A stretch of DNA of 64,000 bases from Halieaceae bacterium MED-G27 (GTDB lineage: Bacteria; Pseudomonadota; Gammaproteobacteria; Pseudomonadales; Halieaceae): assembly GCA_002456975.1 (NCBI GenBank), contig NTKA01000005.1, positions 7,062 through 71,061 of the forward strand, given 5' to 3'. Under the pieces are notes generated by a model, which saw only the letters and a program-made list of their open reading frames with translations, had not been told where the DNA came from and searched no databases. The position numbers and the translations under genes were made by a program. Shown piece by piece: positions 49,959 to 61,458 of the stretch (the stretch's first letter is position 1; each line of letters opens with the position of its first letter).

Positions 49959-51651
49959 CTAAATGCGGATTGTTGGGCGATTTCTCCCACTCGGCATCGA
50001 TAAGGTCGGACGCTTCTAATCGTCGACCTTGCGACCAGAGTAATTCCAACAGGTGTGCCGCCACCTCGGGATCGGGGAAGCTCTGATAGGCTTGTCTCAG
50101 AAGTATTTCAGCTTCGTTAAATCGTCCAAGCTTAAAATAAGCCCAACCAAGGCTGTCGATAATGGCTGGATTTTGAGGCTCTTGTTTAAATGCGGCTTCG
50201 ATTAAGGCAGCTGCTTCTGCGTAGCGATCCGTGTTATTGGTCATCAAGTAGCCCAGCGCGTTAAGCGCTGTAGGATCATTTGGTTTTAACTCGAGTACAT
50301 AGCGGAAATCCCTCTCCGCTGACTCAAAGTCGCCCACTATTTCATAGACGGTAGCTCGCGAGTAAAGCATTCGCTCGGAATTTGGCAGTGCTTCAAGCCC
50401 CTTGTTAAGAGTGAGAATTGCTTGGTCAGGTGCGTCCGTCTGGAGTGCGCTGGCCTCCAATAGAAACAGCAACTCACTCTGAGCAGGATGTCGATTTCGT
50501 TGTTCCTGAAAGAGCGTTTTGATGGCCGTCGGCGTCTTTATCGCGGTGGCAAGATTGGCAGCACTTTGCATCGCCTGTGAGTAGTACCTAGATGGCGATA
50601 CCGATAAATAGGTGTCGAGCGATCGTGCCGACTGCTCAGAGCGCTCCAAGGCCACAGCCAGATAGAAACGGGCTTCGTCCAATCGTTGGCCAAGATTAGC
50701 CGCAGTTTCAAGTAGACTGACAGCCGTATCTAATTCGTCGAGCTCGAGCTTTATCATGCCTGCGGCCAACAGATAATCACTGTTGCGAGGCGCTTGGCTA
50801 ACCAGTTGATCAAACTGAGCTGAGGCAGCCATTAGGTCGCCATCATTCACTAGGAAGCGCGCGTATTGATACCTTAGCAGCTGACTGTCCGTCTCATCGA
50901 TGGCGCTACGAAGCCGAATAAGAGCATCCTGATCTTCGCGGGCAATCGCTATCTCGGTCCACAGGAGGATTGCTCGCTCGTGAACCGGGGTCTCGGCGAA
51001 CGTTGCCAGCACCGCTCGACTCGCATCACCATCGCCGAGGCGCCAGAGCATCAGCGCCTTAGCAAATCGGATGTCGGGATCATCGATTTGCTCGCTGAGT
51101 CTGTTAATTGTCGCTTCAAGCGTTTCTCTCACCTTCGCGTCTTGAGCATTAAAGTCATTGAGAAGGGCAGCAATATTGAGATCTGATCCCGCAAGTAGTG
51201 CCCGCTCTGCATATTGCGCGGCGGCAAGAATATCGCCTGACTCGATGGCAAGTGCGGCCGCTAAAGCCGAGGCTTCGGCATCGCTCGGGTCCAAATCGGA
51301 TACTCTGCCGGCGGCAATCAATGTCGCGTCTGCTTGGCGAGTGAACTGCGCGAGTCTGAGCATCCGACGCGCTAGCTCTGGATCGGGGATTGTTTCGACT
51401 TGGGGCTGCAGGCGTTGCAGCGCAAAATCGTAATCGCGCGCTCTGATAGCAAATTCAGCTTCCAGTAGGGAAAGTAAGCTCTCGGAGTCCAGGTCGACTG
51501 CTTCTGGTATTGCCACCATTTCTTCTACAGCATTAGTCGCGACCGGAGGGGCTGATGTTGACGTGTCAACATCGACCACCTCTGGGGTAGAGGCGCAGCC
51601 ATAGGCGGCCAGCAGGGTTGCAGTGATATGAAGACGGAGGAGCCTGTGCAT
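49921..51651 (-). CDS. TPR lipoprotein
   Basis: Lipobox-like AYGC; ALNALGY, IDSLGWAYF, PDPEVAAH; conserved divergent position from hemA. Confidence 0.88.
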   Translation of the reverse strand: MHRLLRLHITATLLAAYGCASTPEVVDVDTSTSAPPVATNAVEEMVAIPEAVDLDSESLLSLLEAEFAIRARDYDFALQRLQPQVETIPDPELARRMLRLAQFTRQADATLIAAGRVSDLDPSDAEASALAAALAIESGDILAAAQYAERALLAGSDLNIAALLNDFNAQDAKVRETLEATINRLSEQIDDPDIRFAKALMLWRLGDGDASRAVLATFAETPVHERAILLWTEIAIAREDQDALIRLRSAIDETDSQLLRYQYARFLVNDGDLMAASAQFDQLVSQAPRNSDYLLAAGMIKLELDELDTAVSLLETAANLGQRLDEARFYLAVALERSEQSARSLDTYLSVSPSRYYSQAMQSAANLATAIKTPTAIKTLFQEQRNRHPAQSELLFLLEASALQTDAPDQAILTLNKGLEALPNSERMLYSRATVYEIVGDFESAERDFRYVLELKPNDPTALNALGYLMTNNTDRYAEAAALIEAAFKQEPQNPAIIDSLGWAYFKLGRFNEAEILLRQAYQSFPDPEVAAHLLELLWSQGRRLEASDLIDAEWEKSPNNPHLVDTAARLDIPLP

Positions 51652-51750
51652 GGCGCGAATGATGACATATGACACCCCCATAGCCCAAGATCGAAACTTA
51701 GTCGGATAGTTTGCTACCATTTCGGTGCTTGTATTTGTATATTGACAATT

Positions 51751-53058
51751 ATGCCGTCCAATTTTCTTGTCATTGGGGTCAATCATGATTCGGCGACCGT
51801 CGAGGTTAGGGAGCGCGTGGCGTTTGCGCCTGAGAGCGTTCCCGACGCTCTGACAGGGCTTCTGGCCGCTTCATCGTTCACCGAAGCTGTTATTTTAAGC
51901 ACCTGCAACCGAACTGAAATATATGGTTGGCTTGCGGATGAGCAGAATGTCGCGGAGGCGGGAGATGCCGTTGTCAGTTGGATTTGCGATTTTCACTCAC
52001 TCGCAGAGACCGACTTGAATACCTGTATCTATCGAAACCATGGGTTGTTGGCGCTTAAGCATTTGATCCGGGTCTCCGCGGGCCTTAATTCGATGGTGCT
52101 TGGAGAGCCGCAAATTTTTGGGCAAATCAAGTCAGCTTATGCAGTCGCTCAGGAGACGGGCGTCATCGGAGATTCCTTAGGCAAGTTGTTTCCCGAGGCA
52201 TTCCATGTCGCGAAACGAGTAAGAACGGACACAGCAATTGGGGAGAACCCGGTATCAGTGGCCTACGCGGCTGTTGATTTGGCGGGACAGATTTTTACCA
52301 ATTTATCGGAGCAAACAGCGCTTTTATTGGGGGCTGGTGAAACAATTGAATTGGTGGCGAAGCATCTCCATGAAGCCAATCTGGGTCGATTGATTGTTGC
52401 GAATCGAACCTTGGAGCGAGCAGAGTTGCTCGCTGAGCAGTTTGATGCCGAAGCAATATTGCTAGCCGATGTCACTGACCGACTGCCAGAGGCCGACATT
52501 GTCATTAGTTCGACTGCGAGTCAGCTCCCGATTCTGGGTAAAGGTGCAGTTGAGGAGGCAGTACGCGCGCGACGTTACCGAGCGATGCTGATGATCGACC
52601 TTGCTGTACCCAGAGATATCGAACCTCAGGTGGCATCGTTGTCAGATATTTATCTGTACACCGTTGATGATCTTCGCGAGGTGGTGCAGGAAAACGTCAA
52701 AGCGAGGGCATCGGAAGCCAGCAAAGCAGACCAAATCGTTGAGGCCGGCGTTGTTGAGGTTGAGGCTAATTGGCTCCAAAGAGCATCGGCCGATGTGGTT
52801 CGCCATTACAGAGCGGCGGCCATGTCAATCCAAGCCGCGGAACTTGAGCGGGCGTTAAAGGCCTTAGATAACGGTAAGGCGCCCGGCGAAGTGATACAGC
52901 GGCTAGCGCGCGACCTTACTAATAAATTGATTCACGCACCGACTACCGGTTTAAAACAAATCGCAAAAGAGGGCGATCGTGGTAATGTCTCTCGCGCGGC
53001 AGAGTTGCTTGGTGTATCGTCTACTACGATGCCAGATGGAACCTCGACGCTGCAGTAA
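51751..53058 (+). CDS. hemA: Glutamyl-tRNA reductase
   Basis: LSTCNRTE, SMVLGEPQIFGQ, GAGET, DLAVPRDIE. Confidence 0.97.
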   Translation: MPSNFLVIGVNHDSATVEVRERVAFAPESVPDALTGLLAASSFTEAVILSTCNRTEIYGWLADEQNVAEAGDAVVSWICDFHSLAETDLNTCIYRNHGLLALKHLIRVSAGLNSMVLGEPQIFGQIKSAYAVAQETGVIGDSLGKLFPEAFHVAKRVRTDTAIGENPVSVAYAAVDLAGQIFTNLSEQTALLLGAGETIELVAKHLHEANLGRLIVANRTLERAELLAEQFDAEAILLADVTDRLPEADIVISSTASQLPILGKGAVEEAVRARRYRAMLMIDLAVPRDIEPQVASLSDIYLYTVDDLREVVQENVKARASEASKADQIVEAGVVEVEANWLQRASADVVRHYRAAAMSIQAAELERALKALDNGKAPGEVIQRLARDLTNKLIHAPTTGLKQIAKEGDRGNVSRAAELLGVSSTTMPDGTSTLQ

Positions 53059-53079
53059 CCCATCCTCTGGTGAGCCGTT

Positions 53080-54165
53080 GTGAAAACGTCGCTATTTCAA
53101 AAGTTAGAATCTTTACAAGATCGTCACGAAGAAGTGGCGGCCTTATTATCGGATGCTGATACCGCGGCGAATCCCGAACGCTTCCGATTGTTGTCTCAGG
53201 AGTACTCTCAACTCGACAGTGTGGTGTCGGTTTACGCGGCTTACCTCGCTGCAAAAGAGGACTTGGATACGGCTGAGTTAATGCTTGACGATAGCGATCA
53301 GGAACTGCGGGATCTCGCTGCAGAGGAAATCGCGACGGCGAAAGCCGTGATGGAAGCGCAGGAGTCTGAATTGCAGATCCTCATGCTCCCGAAAGATCCA
53401 CACGACGGTAGTAATGTATTCCTTGAAATCCGCGCGGGTACAGGGGGTGATGAGGCTGCCATATTTTCCGGTGATTTGTTCCGTATGTATTCCAAATACG
53501 CTGAGACAAAGCGCTGGCAAGTCGAAGTCGTTTCGGAGCGTCCGGGCGATCACGGCGGCTTCAAAGAGATCATCACGCGAGTCTCCGGTGATTCGGTTTA
53601 CGCCAATCTCAAATTTGAATCGGGCGCTCATAGAGTGCAACGTGTTCCTGAGACGGAATCACAAGGGCGGATTCATACCTCCGCTTGTACCGTGGCTGTT
53701 ATGGCCGAGCCGGATGAGGTGGAAGAAGTCGAGATTCGGAAAGAGGATTTGAGGATCGATACCTTCCGGTCCTCCGGTGCCGGGGGGCAGCACGTCAACA
53801 CGACTGATTCCGCGGTTCGGCTGACACACCTGCCCACGGGCATCGTTGTGGAATGTCAGGACGAGCGTTCACAGCATAAGAATCGAGCTCGGGCCATGTC
53901 ATTGCTCCAAGCCAAACTTGTATCGGCCTCAGAACAGCAATTAGCCCAAGAACAGGCCGAGGAGCGGCGAAACCTAGTGGGTACTGGTGACCGTTCAGAT
54001 CGGATAAGAACTTATAATTTTCCGCAAGGCCGAGTGACTGATCATCGAATTAATCTGACGTTGTACAAGCTCGATGAGGTGGTGCAGGGCGAATTAGATG
54101 CTGTTATTCAACCATTGCGACAAGAGCATCAAGCAGATTTGTTGGCGACTCTGGGCGAGGAATGA
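53080..54165 (+). CDS. prfA: Peptide chain release factor 1
   Basis: PET anticodon mimic; GAGGQ. Confidence 0.98.
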   Translation: MKTSLFQKLESLQDRHEEVAALLSDADTAANPERFRLLSQEYSQLDSVVSVYAAYLAAKEDLDTAELMLDDSDQELRDLAAEEIATAKAVMEAQESELQILMLPKDPHDGSNVFLEIRAGTGGDEAAIFSGDLFRMYSKYAETKRWQVEVVSERPGDHGGFKEIITRVSGDSVYANLKFESGAHRVQRVPETESQGRIHTSACTVAVMAEPDEVEEVEIRKEDLRIDTFRSSGAGGQHVNTTDSAVRLTHLPTGIVVECQDERSQHKNRARAMSLLQAKLVSASEQQLAQEQAEERRNLVGTGDRSDRIRTYNFPQGRVTDHRINLTLYKLDEVVQGELDAVIQPLRQEHQADLLATLGEE

Positions 54166-54977
54166 GCATTGATGAACTGCTAGCACAGGCCGGCTGCGAT
54201 CGAAGAGACGCCGAGATTTTGATGCTGTCGGTCTGTGGCCAACAGGATCGAAGTTGGCTTTTTGCCCACGGAGGCGAGACTGTCGATAGCGGCCAAGCAC
54301 AACAATTTATCGATCTTTGCGAGCGCAGATGCGCGGGAGCTCCTGTCGCGTATCTACTGGGGAGAAGAGGCTTTTGGTCATTTGAGCTCGAGGTGACCCC
54401 CCAGGTTTTAATTCCGCGACCAGAGACTGAAACCTTGGTGGAGTGGGCCATCGAGTTAATTGACGCTCATGGTTTGGCATCTGTTATTGATCTCGGAACC
54501 GGCAGTGGTGCCATCGCGCTTGCGATCAAGAGCGAACGCCCGAAGGTCACTGTTGTGGCATCGGACAGATCTGCTGACGCACTTGATGTGGCGTGCAAAA
54601 ATGCAACTAGGCTAGGGTTGGATGTTGAGTTTTACCTTAGCGATTGGTATTCCCAATTGTCGGCCCTGCCATCGCAGGCTTTGATTGTCGCTAACCCCCC
54701 ATACGTTGCTGCTGGTGACCCTCATTTGTCGATGGGTGACCTCCCGGCAGAGCCACTCGATGCGCTCACTGATCATGGGGACGGCTACGCCGCTATCGGA
54801 CGGATAGTCGAGGGCGCGAAGGGTGTTTTGCAGTCGGGCGGTTGGCTTTTACTGGAGCATGGTTTCGAGCAAGCTCCCAGGGTGGAGTTGATGTTACAAG
54901 GTGCTGGTTTTCAATCGCCGCAGATGCGTCGCGACCTGTCCGGAATGCCGAGAGTTAGCGGCGGTCAATGGTTGTGA
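54162..54977 (+). CDS. prmC: Release factor glutamine methyltransferase
   Basis: [19 protein letters not shown]. Confidence 0.96.
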   Translation: MSIDELLAQAGCDRRDAEILMLSVCGQQDRSWLFAHGGETVDSGQAQQFIDLCERRCAGAPVAYLLGRRGFWSFELEVTPQVLIPRPETETLVEWAIELIDAHGLASVIDLGTGSGAIALAIKSERPKVTVVASDRSADALDVACKNATRLGLDVEFYLSDWYSQLSALPSQALIVANPPYVAAGDPHLSMGDLPAEPLDALTDHGDGYAAIGRIVEGAKGVLQSGGWLLLEHGFEQAPRVELMLQGAGFQSPQMRRDLSGMPRVSGGQWL

Positions 54978-55744
54978 TTACAGACGGGGAATTAGATCGA
55001 TACTCGCGTCAGATTCTGGTGTCTAAGCTGGATCTGGAGGGGCAAGTTCGCTTGTCACAAAGTTCGGTTTCGATCATTGGTTGTGGCGGCTTGGGGTGCC
55101 TCATCGCACTGTACCTAGCGGGCGCCGGGGTAGGGCGCATCGAGCTCATTGATGATGATACGGTCGAATTGAGTAACTTACATCGTCAGATTGCCTTCAA
55201 AGGAACGGACTTAGGCATCCCTAAAGCCGAGGCATTGGCGACTAACTGCCGCCAGCTTAATGACACCATCGAGATTATCGCGAGCGAGCGACGCTTCGGT
55301 ATTGACGGAGTGGCTGATCACGCCTCGGTCACAGCATCGGACTTGATAGTGGATGCCTCCGATTCTGCAGTAACCCGCATGGTCATAGAGAGACTGACTC
55401 GGAGTTTAGGTAAACCTTGGGTCATGGCGTCAGCGGCACAGCTTGCCGGTCAGTGGGTCGCATTCGATGCCGACCGGGCAGGCGCCTGTTATCGCTGTAT
55501 TGTGCCAGCGCCAGATGCTGAGCCGATGGGGGATTGCGAGCGTCATGGCGTGCTTGGACCGGTAGCAGGGATGATCGCCTCGATGTCGGCGCTTCAGACG
55601 ATCGAAATTCTTGGACAAATGCAGCCGGTTCCTTGGGGTGTGCTTCGTTACTTTGATGCGGAGTCCATGGATTTGAGGTCTATGCCTCTAGCGCGCGCCC
55701 CGAATTGTCCAGCTTGCCACCCTGTTACCGATGGTTACGCCTAA
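54968..55744 (+). CDS. moeB: MoeB/ThiF family adenylyltransferase
   Basis: RYSRQ, GCGGLG, SNLHRQ, two CxxC pairs; follows prmC. Confidence 0.85.
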   Translation: MVVITDGELDRYSRQILVSKLDLEGQVRLSQSSVSIIGCGGLGCLIALYLAGAGVGRIELIDDDTVELSNLHRQIAFKGTDLGIPKAEALATNCRQLNDTIEIIASERRFGIDGVADHASVTASDLIVDASDSAVTRMVIERLTRSLGKPWVMASAAQLAGQWVAFDADRAGACYRCIVPAPDAEPMGDCERHGVLGPVAGMIASMSALQTIEILGQMQPVPWGVLRYFDAESMDLRSMPLARAPNCPACHPVTDGYA

Positions 55745-57129
55745 CGCTCGGGCATTGCCTCAAAGTCTTTGGGCAGGGGTTGTCGCAACAACATAATGAC
55801 TCTCACAGCCACCATAATTGTGGCCACAAAAACCCCTAGGATTATTGCTATCCAAAAGCCTGCGGCGCCATCGGAGGCATTGGTGGCGCGAACGAGACCC
55901 AAATAATAGCCTAAAGGAAGCGCGATCCCCCAATAGGCGACCATGCTGGCAATGAAGGGGAACCGGGTCTTCTTATAGGCCCGCATAGCGAAGGACCCAA
56001 CGATCTGGATCGCATCAATAATGACAAATAACGCCGCAAACGTGAGTAAGCGTGCGGCCAATACTTTCATCGCCGGTGATTCCGAATAGACACCGACAAT
56101 GGTGTCAGGGAATGAGAGCAGGATGACCATGGTTATCAAGCTCACGGTAATCGAGCAAAGTAAGCCGGCTCTTAGCGCCATATAGACCCCAGGCTTGTCC
56201 TGCGCACCAATAGCATGTCCCATTCGGGTTGCCATCGCCGCACCGATTGAAAGCATTGGAATGTAAAACATATCCCAGACATTGAACGCTATCTGGTGAG
56301 CGCCGATAGCAACGTCGCCGAGGGACGACACCATAAGGGCAATCACCGCAAATACCCCGGTTTCCATAAACATGGTGGCGCCAACCGGTGCGCCCAGCAA
56401 AAGAATTTCCTTGATGGCCACGGGGTTAGGTGCAACTGGCCTCCAGGGGGGAAGGTATTGTTGTATCGATGGTTTGGTCAGTACATAGATGCTGATAATG
56501 ATGGCCGACAGCCACATCGAAATGGCTGTCGCGATACCGCAGCCCTGTGCACCCATTGCAGGGATATCACCCAAGCCAAAAATGAACATGTAATTGAGAG
56601 GGATATTGGCGATGAATCCAATCACCGACGCGACTGCAAACGGCGAGGTGATTCCCACCCCCTGCGTGTGATAACGCAGTGCCATAAAAATACCGATGGC
56701 GGGGAAGCCAAAGGCTACCATGCGGATGTACTCACTCGCTTTTTCTGCGGTCGCAGCATCGATTCCGATGTAATGCAACCCGACATAGCTGAAATAACAG
56801 ATCGGTGCGACGACGCAGCTCAGCAAAACGGACACCCAAAGAGTTTGCGGAAGCTGATCTCGAATCCGCTGCAGTCGGCCGGCACCAAAGTCTTGGGCAA
56901 TGATGGCCGCGGATGCAAACATGACACCCAACACGAGCAGGTAGAGGGGGAGCCAGATATTAAAGCCGATTGCGATGGCCGCTAGGTCTTTGTCACCAAA
57001 GCGTGCAGCCATAATGGTATCGACAACGCCCGTGCCCATCTGTGCTGTCTGAGCGATTAGCAAAGGCCATCCGATACGCCAAAAATGGCGTAATTCCTGT
57101 GATAAATTGGATGCGCTCTGATGGTTCAC
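55741..57129 (-). CDS. MATE family efflux transporter (NorM-like)
   Basis: VDTIMA, NIPLNY.FIFG, GCGIAT, AHQIA; GTG start after GAGGA. Confidence 0.92.
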   Translation of the reverse strand: MNHQSASNLSQELRHFWRIGWPLLIAQTAQMGTGVVDTIMAARFGDKDLAAIAIGFNIWLPLYLLVLGVMFASAAIIAQDFGAGRLQRIRDQLPQTLWVSVLLSCVVAPICYFSYVGLHYIGIDAATAEKASEYIRMVAFGFPAIGIFMALRYHTQGVGITSPFAVASVIGFIANIPLNYMFIFGLGDIPAMGAQGCGIATAISMWLSAIIISIYVLTKPSIQQYLPPWRPVAPNPVAIKEILLLGAPVGATMFMETGVFAVIALMVSSLGDVAIGAHQIAFNVWDMFYIPMLSIGAAMATRMGHAIGAQDKPGVYMALRAGLLCSITVSLITMVILLSFPDTIVGVYSESPAMKVLAARLLTFAALFVIIDAIQIVGSFAMRAYKKTRFPFIASMVAYWGIALPLGYYLGLVRATNASDGAAGFWIAIILGVFVATIMVAVRVIMLLRQPLPKDFEAMPER

Positions 57130-57236
57130 GGGTGGTCCTCTCAAGACCGGCGACTCTATCACGTAGGAGATGTTATCGCCGCTCTTTTCCACGGCTGTGC
57201 TAGACTCGCCGCGCCTACGTCACCGGATAGAGAGCT

Positions 57237-58442
57237 TTGACCGAACAGACAGCTACATCGCAATTCGCCACCACGATTTCGAGTGACACCCGCTTCGCCG
57301 ATCTTGATCTTGATTTATCCCTCATGAAGGGCATTGAAGCGCTTGGCTTCGAGTCGTGTTCACCCATTCAAGCGAAAATTCTGCCCTATACCCTCGAGGG
57401 GCACGATGCGATTGGTAAAGCGCAGACGGGGACCGGTAAGACAGCGGCATTTCTTATTACGCTCTTTAATGATCTGCTTGCTAACCCTGTTGAAGGGGAG
57501 CGATATCTGGCCGAGCCGAGGGCGGTGGTGATTGCACCAACCCGAGAGCTAGTCATGCAGATCGCCGAAGATGCCCGCCATTTGGGTCGCTTTACTGGGC
57601 TTTCAACGGTGACCCTGATCGGCGGCATGGATTACGCCAAGCAGTTGCAAAAGGTCAACCAGCGTCCAACCGATATTGTAGTAGCGACACCCGGCCGGTT
57701 GATCGATTTCTTGCAGCGTGGGGACATCCAGCTAGACAGGGTCGAATCACTGGTTCTCGACGAGGCGGATCGGATGCTAGATATGGGCTTCATCCCGCAG
57801 GTGAAACGAATTGTTCGGACAACCCCAAGGAAAGAAGATCGACAGACATTGTTGTTCTCAGCAACGTTCAGCTACGACATCATGAATCTAGCGAAGCAGT
57901 GGACCTTTGATCCGATTACGGTCGAGATCGAGCCTGAGCGGGTAGCGACCGAGACCGTTGATCAGCGGGTATACCTTCTAGAGAGCCGTGACCGGCTGAG
58001 CGTGCTGCAAAATATTCTCAATTCGCCTGAGGCTAAGAGTGTCATTGTCTTCGCCAATCGGCGCGATCACGTCAGGAAGGTGTATGAGCGTTTGCAGAAG
58101 AAGGGCATCGAATGCGGCATCCTGTCTGGCGAAGTGACCCAGGCGAAGCGAACCAAAACGCTGGAGCACTTTAAGTCAGGAAAGATACGAGTCTTGGTGG
58201 CAACGGATGTCGCAGGCCGGGGAATTCACGTTGATGGCGTCAGTCACGTCGTAAATTATGATTTACCAGAAGACCCAGAGGATTACGTACACCGCATAGG
58301 ACGCACTGGCCGCGCTGGTACCACGGGCATCTCAATTAGCTTTGCGAGTGAGGATAATGCCTTTTTACTTCCTGATATCGAGGCGCTTCTAGGTTTACCG
58401 CTGAAATGTACCCAGGTCCCGGAAGGACTCATCAACTCCTAA
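57237..58442 (+). CDS. rhlB: DEAD-box RNA helicase (RhlB-like)
   Basis: [29 protein letters not shown]. Confidence 0.85.
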   Translation: MTEQTATSQFATTISSDTRFADLDLDLSLMKGIEALGFESCSPIQAKILPYTLEGHDAIGKAQTGTGKTAAFLITLFNDLLANPVEGERYLAEPRAVVIAPTRELVMQIAEDARHLGRFTGLSTVTLIGGMDYAKQLQKVNQRPTDIVVATPGRLIDFLQRGDIQLDRVESLVLDEADRMLDMGFIPQVKRIVRTTPRKEDRQTLLFSATFSYDIMNLAKQWTFDPITVEIEPERVATETVDQRVYLLESRDRLSVLQNILNSPEAKSVIVFANRRDHVRKVYERLQKKGIECGILSGEVTQAKRTKTLEHFKSGKIRVLVATDVAGRGIHVDGVSHVVNYDLPEDPEDYVHRIGRTGRAGTTGISISFASEDNAFLLPDIEALLGLPLKCTQVPEGLINS

Positions 58443-58595
58443 CAGTTTCTCCAGAGTGATGATGCACCCCGTTTCACGCAGGTTACCACCGCGTGCGGGA
58501 TCAGCCCGTTATAGCGACGGCGATGCGATCGCTAAGGCCTCCTCGAATCCTCATCGCTCAAGGGTTTGCTCGAGTGCTAATTACTAACCCCAATA

Positions 58596-59333
58596 TCAGG
58601 TGTCACGGTGCTGCCTTAAATGCTCACACCAAAACAATGTGGCGCCCGCAACGGCGGCAGGTATCAAAATAAGATTGACTATCGGAATACCCGATACGAA
58701 TGCTACCGATGCGCCGAAACTAAGAGATGTTGTTCGCTTTGCCGCACAAGCAGCGCGCACCTCCCGGAATGGAAGTCGATGGTTGTCCATCGGATAGTCG
58801 ACGAATTGCAGGCTCATCATCCAGGCGCCGAGTAAAATCCATAAAAACGGTGATATCGCATTGATGCCCGGGACGATGCTGATGATCAATACTGCTATCG
58901 CCATTGGTAGGTAGTGCGCGAGTTTCTGGATTTCTCGTAGCAGCGCACGTGGCACCGATAGGGCGATTGCCAAGGGGCGTGTGTCCATCTGAACGGTCTC
59001 GCCAGTGATCAATTCCTCTGCTTTCTCGGCCAATAAGCCATGGAACGGTGATGTCAAAATAAGCACGATTAAGACTGACACGTACCCTGATAGCATCGTG
59101 GCTACCAACAGCATCAAGGGTCCGACCAACCAGGTTATGAATTGCCATCCATCGGCCAACTCACCGGTCACTGTGATATACCAGTCTGACAAGGTGAAGT
59201 AGAGAAAGCTGGCTGTGAGAAAAAAAACAATAATGTTTGCCGTTAGAGGTATCACAGCAAACTGCCTAAGCCCTGGCTGCGCCACAAGATGCGCGCCTCG
59301 GATCAGGTAGCCAATACCGTTGACGATTCCCAT
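58596..59333 (-). CDS. cysZ: Sulfate transporter CysZ (EI24 domain)
   Basis: SPFHGLLAEKAE, REIQKL, QFVDYPMDNH, PAAVAGAT. Confidence 0.92.
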   Translation of the reverse strand: MGIVNGIGYLIRGAHLVAQPGLRQFAVIPLTANIIVFFLTASFLYFTLSDWYITVTGELADGWQFITWLVGPLMLLVATMLSGYVSVLIVLILTSPFHGLLAEKAEELITGETVQMDTRPLAIALSVPRALLREIQKLAHYLPMAIAVLIISIVPGINAISPFLWILLGAWMMSLQFVDYPMDNHRLPFREVRAACAAKRTTSLSFGASVAFVSGIPIVNLILIPAAVAGATLFWCEHLRQHRDT

Positions 59334-59431
59334 TCTATTAAACTGCCTTTGTCCTAGTTTGTTGGATCACTCGTACCATGCGGCGCGAGCCTCGGCTTAT
59401 ACTATCCATAATTGAGAACGAGTTGTCAGTC

Positions 59432-60022
59432 ATGAACGATGATGAATTGTTCGGCGCCGAGATGTCCGACGTGGAGCCCTTAAATCGAGAGCCCAGAGAG
59501 CGCATCGTAAAAGCATCGGTGGTTGATTATGCGGTGCGTCGCGCGGCGGCTGTTGATTCCGTGGTTAGTCGTGATAGCAATGCTCTAGTAGACGACGGTG
59601 TAGAGCCGTTGGATGCCCGGTACGTACTCGATTTTAAGCGCGCTGGGATACAGAACGGTGTCTATCGGAAACTCAGATTGGGCCACTATGATATCGAGGC
59701 TCGCCTCGATCTGCATAGAATGACCGTCGCGGAGTCGAGAACAGAAGTTTGGAGCTTTTTTCAGGAGAGTCGGCGCTTGGGCTTGCGGACGGTGCTGATC
59801 ACCCACGGCAAGGGGTTGGGCAACAAGGAGCGGCAAGGCGCGGGTATTCTCAAGGGTTACGTTAACCGATGGTTGCGCGAAATCGAAGACGTGCAAGCCT
59901 TCCATTCCGCAACCGCCCAGCACGGCGGAACGGGCGCAGTGTATGTGCTACTTCGCAAGAGTGAAGAAAAAAAGCGAGAGAATCGAGAGCGCTTCAGTAA
60001 AGGTCGCACTCAGGACGTTTAA
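59432..60022 (+). CDS. Smr-domain endonuclease (SmrA-like)
   Basis: GIQNGVYRKLRLG.Y, LDLH, HGKG, HGGTGAVYVLL. Confidence 0.9.
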   Translation: MNDDELFGAEMSDVEPLNREPRERIVKASVVDYAVRRAAAVDSVVSRDSNALVDDGVEPLDARYVLDFKRAGIQNGVYRKLRLGHYDIEARLDLHRMTVAESRTEVWSFFQESRRLGLRTVLITHGKGLGNKERQGAGILKGYVNRWLREIEDVQAFHSATAQHGGTGAVYVLLRKSEEKKRENRERFSKGRTQDV

Positions 60023-61458
60023 AGCTTTTTTCGGAGTATCTCGTTGATCACCTGCGGATTGGCCTGTCCTTTTGTCGCTTTCATGGCTTGCCCAACGAAA
60101 TAGCCGATTAATTTTTTCTGTTTATCAGGATCAGCTGCCCGATACTGAGCTACTTGCGCGGGGCTGTTGGCAATTAGCTCATCAACCATCGCTTCGAGTT
60201 CGCCCGTGTCACTCACTTGCTGGAGCCCCCGAGCCTCAATAATCGGATCGACGTCGCCTTCCTCCTGCCACAGACCTTCAAAAACAGCTTTCGCCATTTT
60301 ACTCGACAGTGTTCCGTCATCGATTCGATTCACCAAAAGGGCTAGTTGCGCGGGCGTGACGACGACATCGCGAATTGCCAGTCCATCGCGATTCATTGCC
60401 GCCGCCAGATCGCCAAGCATCCAGTTAGCGAGGGCCTTTGGATTGTTGTGGTGCTCGAGTGACGATTCAAAGTAATCGGCGGTTGCTCTGTCCTGCGTCA
60501 GCAGGCTGGCGTCGTAAGCAGAGAGCTCGAGCTGTGACTGATAGCGCTCTCGCTTTACGGTGGGTAGTTCGGGTAGCTGGCTCCGGATGTTGTCGATAAC
60601 AGAGTCGTCTATGACGACAGGTAGCAGATCTGGATCTGGAAAGTATCGATAGTCGTTTGCCACCTCTTTAGAGCGCATAGACCTAGTTTCATCGAGTTCT
60701 GGGTCAAACAGCCGGGTTTCTTGGGTGACTGTTCTACCGTCCTCAAGGAGATCCTGTTGCCGTTCCGCCTCGACTTGAATTGCGCGTTCAATGAACTTAA
60801 AGGAGTTGAGATTTTTCAACTCTGTTCGCGTGCCCAGCTTAACCGTGTCTGTGGGACGTAATGAAATGTTGACGTCACATCGCATGGACCCCTCGGCCAT
60901 ATTGCCGTCGGAAATGCCCAAGTAGGTCACCAGACCATGGAGCGCTTTGAGGTAGGCGACCACTTGCTCGGCAGTGCGGAAATCTGGCTCAGTAACGACC
61001 TCTAGTAGCGGGGTCCCCGCTCGATTTAAATCAATAGCAGTTTGATTCGGGAGGGCATCGTGCACGGATTTGCCCGCGTCTTCCTCGAGGTGCGCGCGGA
61101 GTATCCGCACCGGAAAAACCGATCCATCCGGTAGCGGGATATCAAACACACCGTCGCTGACGATCGGCGCAAAAAACTGACTAATTTGGTAGCCCTTTGG
61201 TAAGTCTGGGTAGAAGTAATTCTTTCGATCAAACCGCGATACCTTATTGATGGTGGCGCCAACGCCCAGACCAAACACGATCGCCTGTCTGACAGCGGCT
61301 TCGTTCAGCACCGGCAGTGTTCCGGGGAGTGCGACATCCAGGGGGTTCGTCTGTTCATTCGGAGCTGCACCAAAGGCTGTCTTGGACGATGAAAATATCT
61401 TTGACACTGTAGCCAGCTGAAGATGCACCTCCAGTCCCATCACCATTTCCCACTTCAT
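60019..61458 (-). CDS. gatB: Asp/Glu-tRNA amidotransferase subunit B
   Basis: [28 protein letters not shown]. Confidence 0.97.
   Translation of the reverse strand: MKWEMVMGLEVHLQLATVSKIFSSSKTAFGAAPNEQTNPLDVALPGTLPVLNEAAVRQAIVFGLGVGATINKVSRFDRKNYFYPDLPKGYQISQFFAPIVSDGVFDIPLPDGSVFPVRILRAHLEEDAGKSVHDALPNQTAIDLNRAGTPLLEVVTEPDFRTAEQVVAYLKALHGLVTYLGISDGNMAEGSMRCDVNISLRPTDTVKLGTRTELKNLNSFKFIERAIQVEAERQQDLLEDGRTVTQETRLFDPELDETRSMRSKEVANDYRYFPDPDLLPVVIDDSVIDNIRSQLPELPTVKRERYQSQLELSAYDASLLTQDRATADYFESSLEHHNNPKALANWMLGDLAAAMNRDGLAIRDVVVTPAQLALLVNRIDDGTLSSKMAKAVFEGLWQEEGDVDPIIEARGLQQVSDTGELEAMVDELIANSPAQVAQYRAADPDKQKKLIGYFVGQAMKATKGQANPQVINEILRKKL

Noticed and set aside
58413-58427. CAGGTCCCGGAAGGA resembling SRP RNA helix 8
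   Set aside because: Inside the rhlB coding sequence; lacks AGCAG and the long stem.
58455-58545. Decayed MATE 5' copy downstream of rhlB (versus 57099-57220)
   Set aside because: Only 5-8 nt blocks with large gaps, as expected by chance for these lengths.
58460-58575. TPP-riboswitch-like words on the minus strand
   Set aside because: Elements are out of order, CTGAGA is absent, and there is no downstream gene to regulate.
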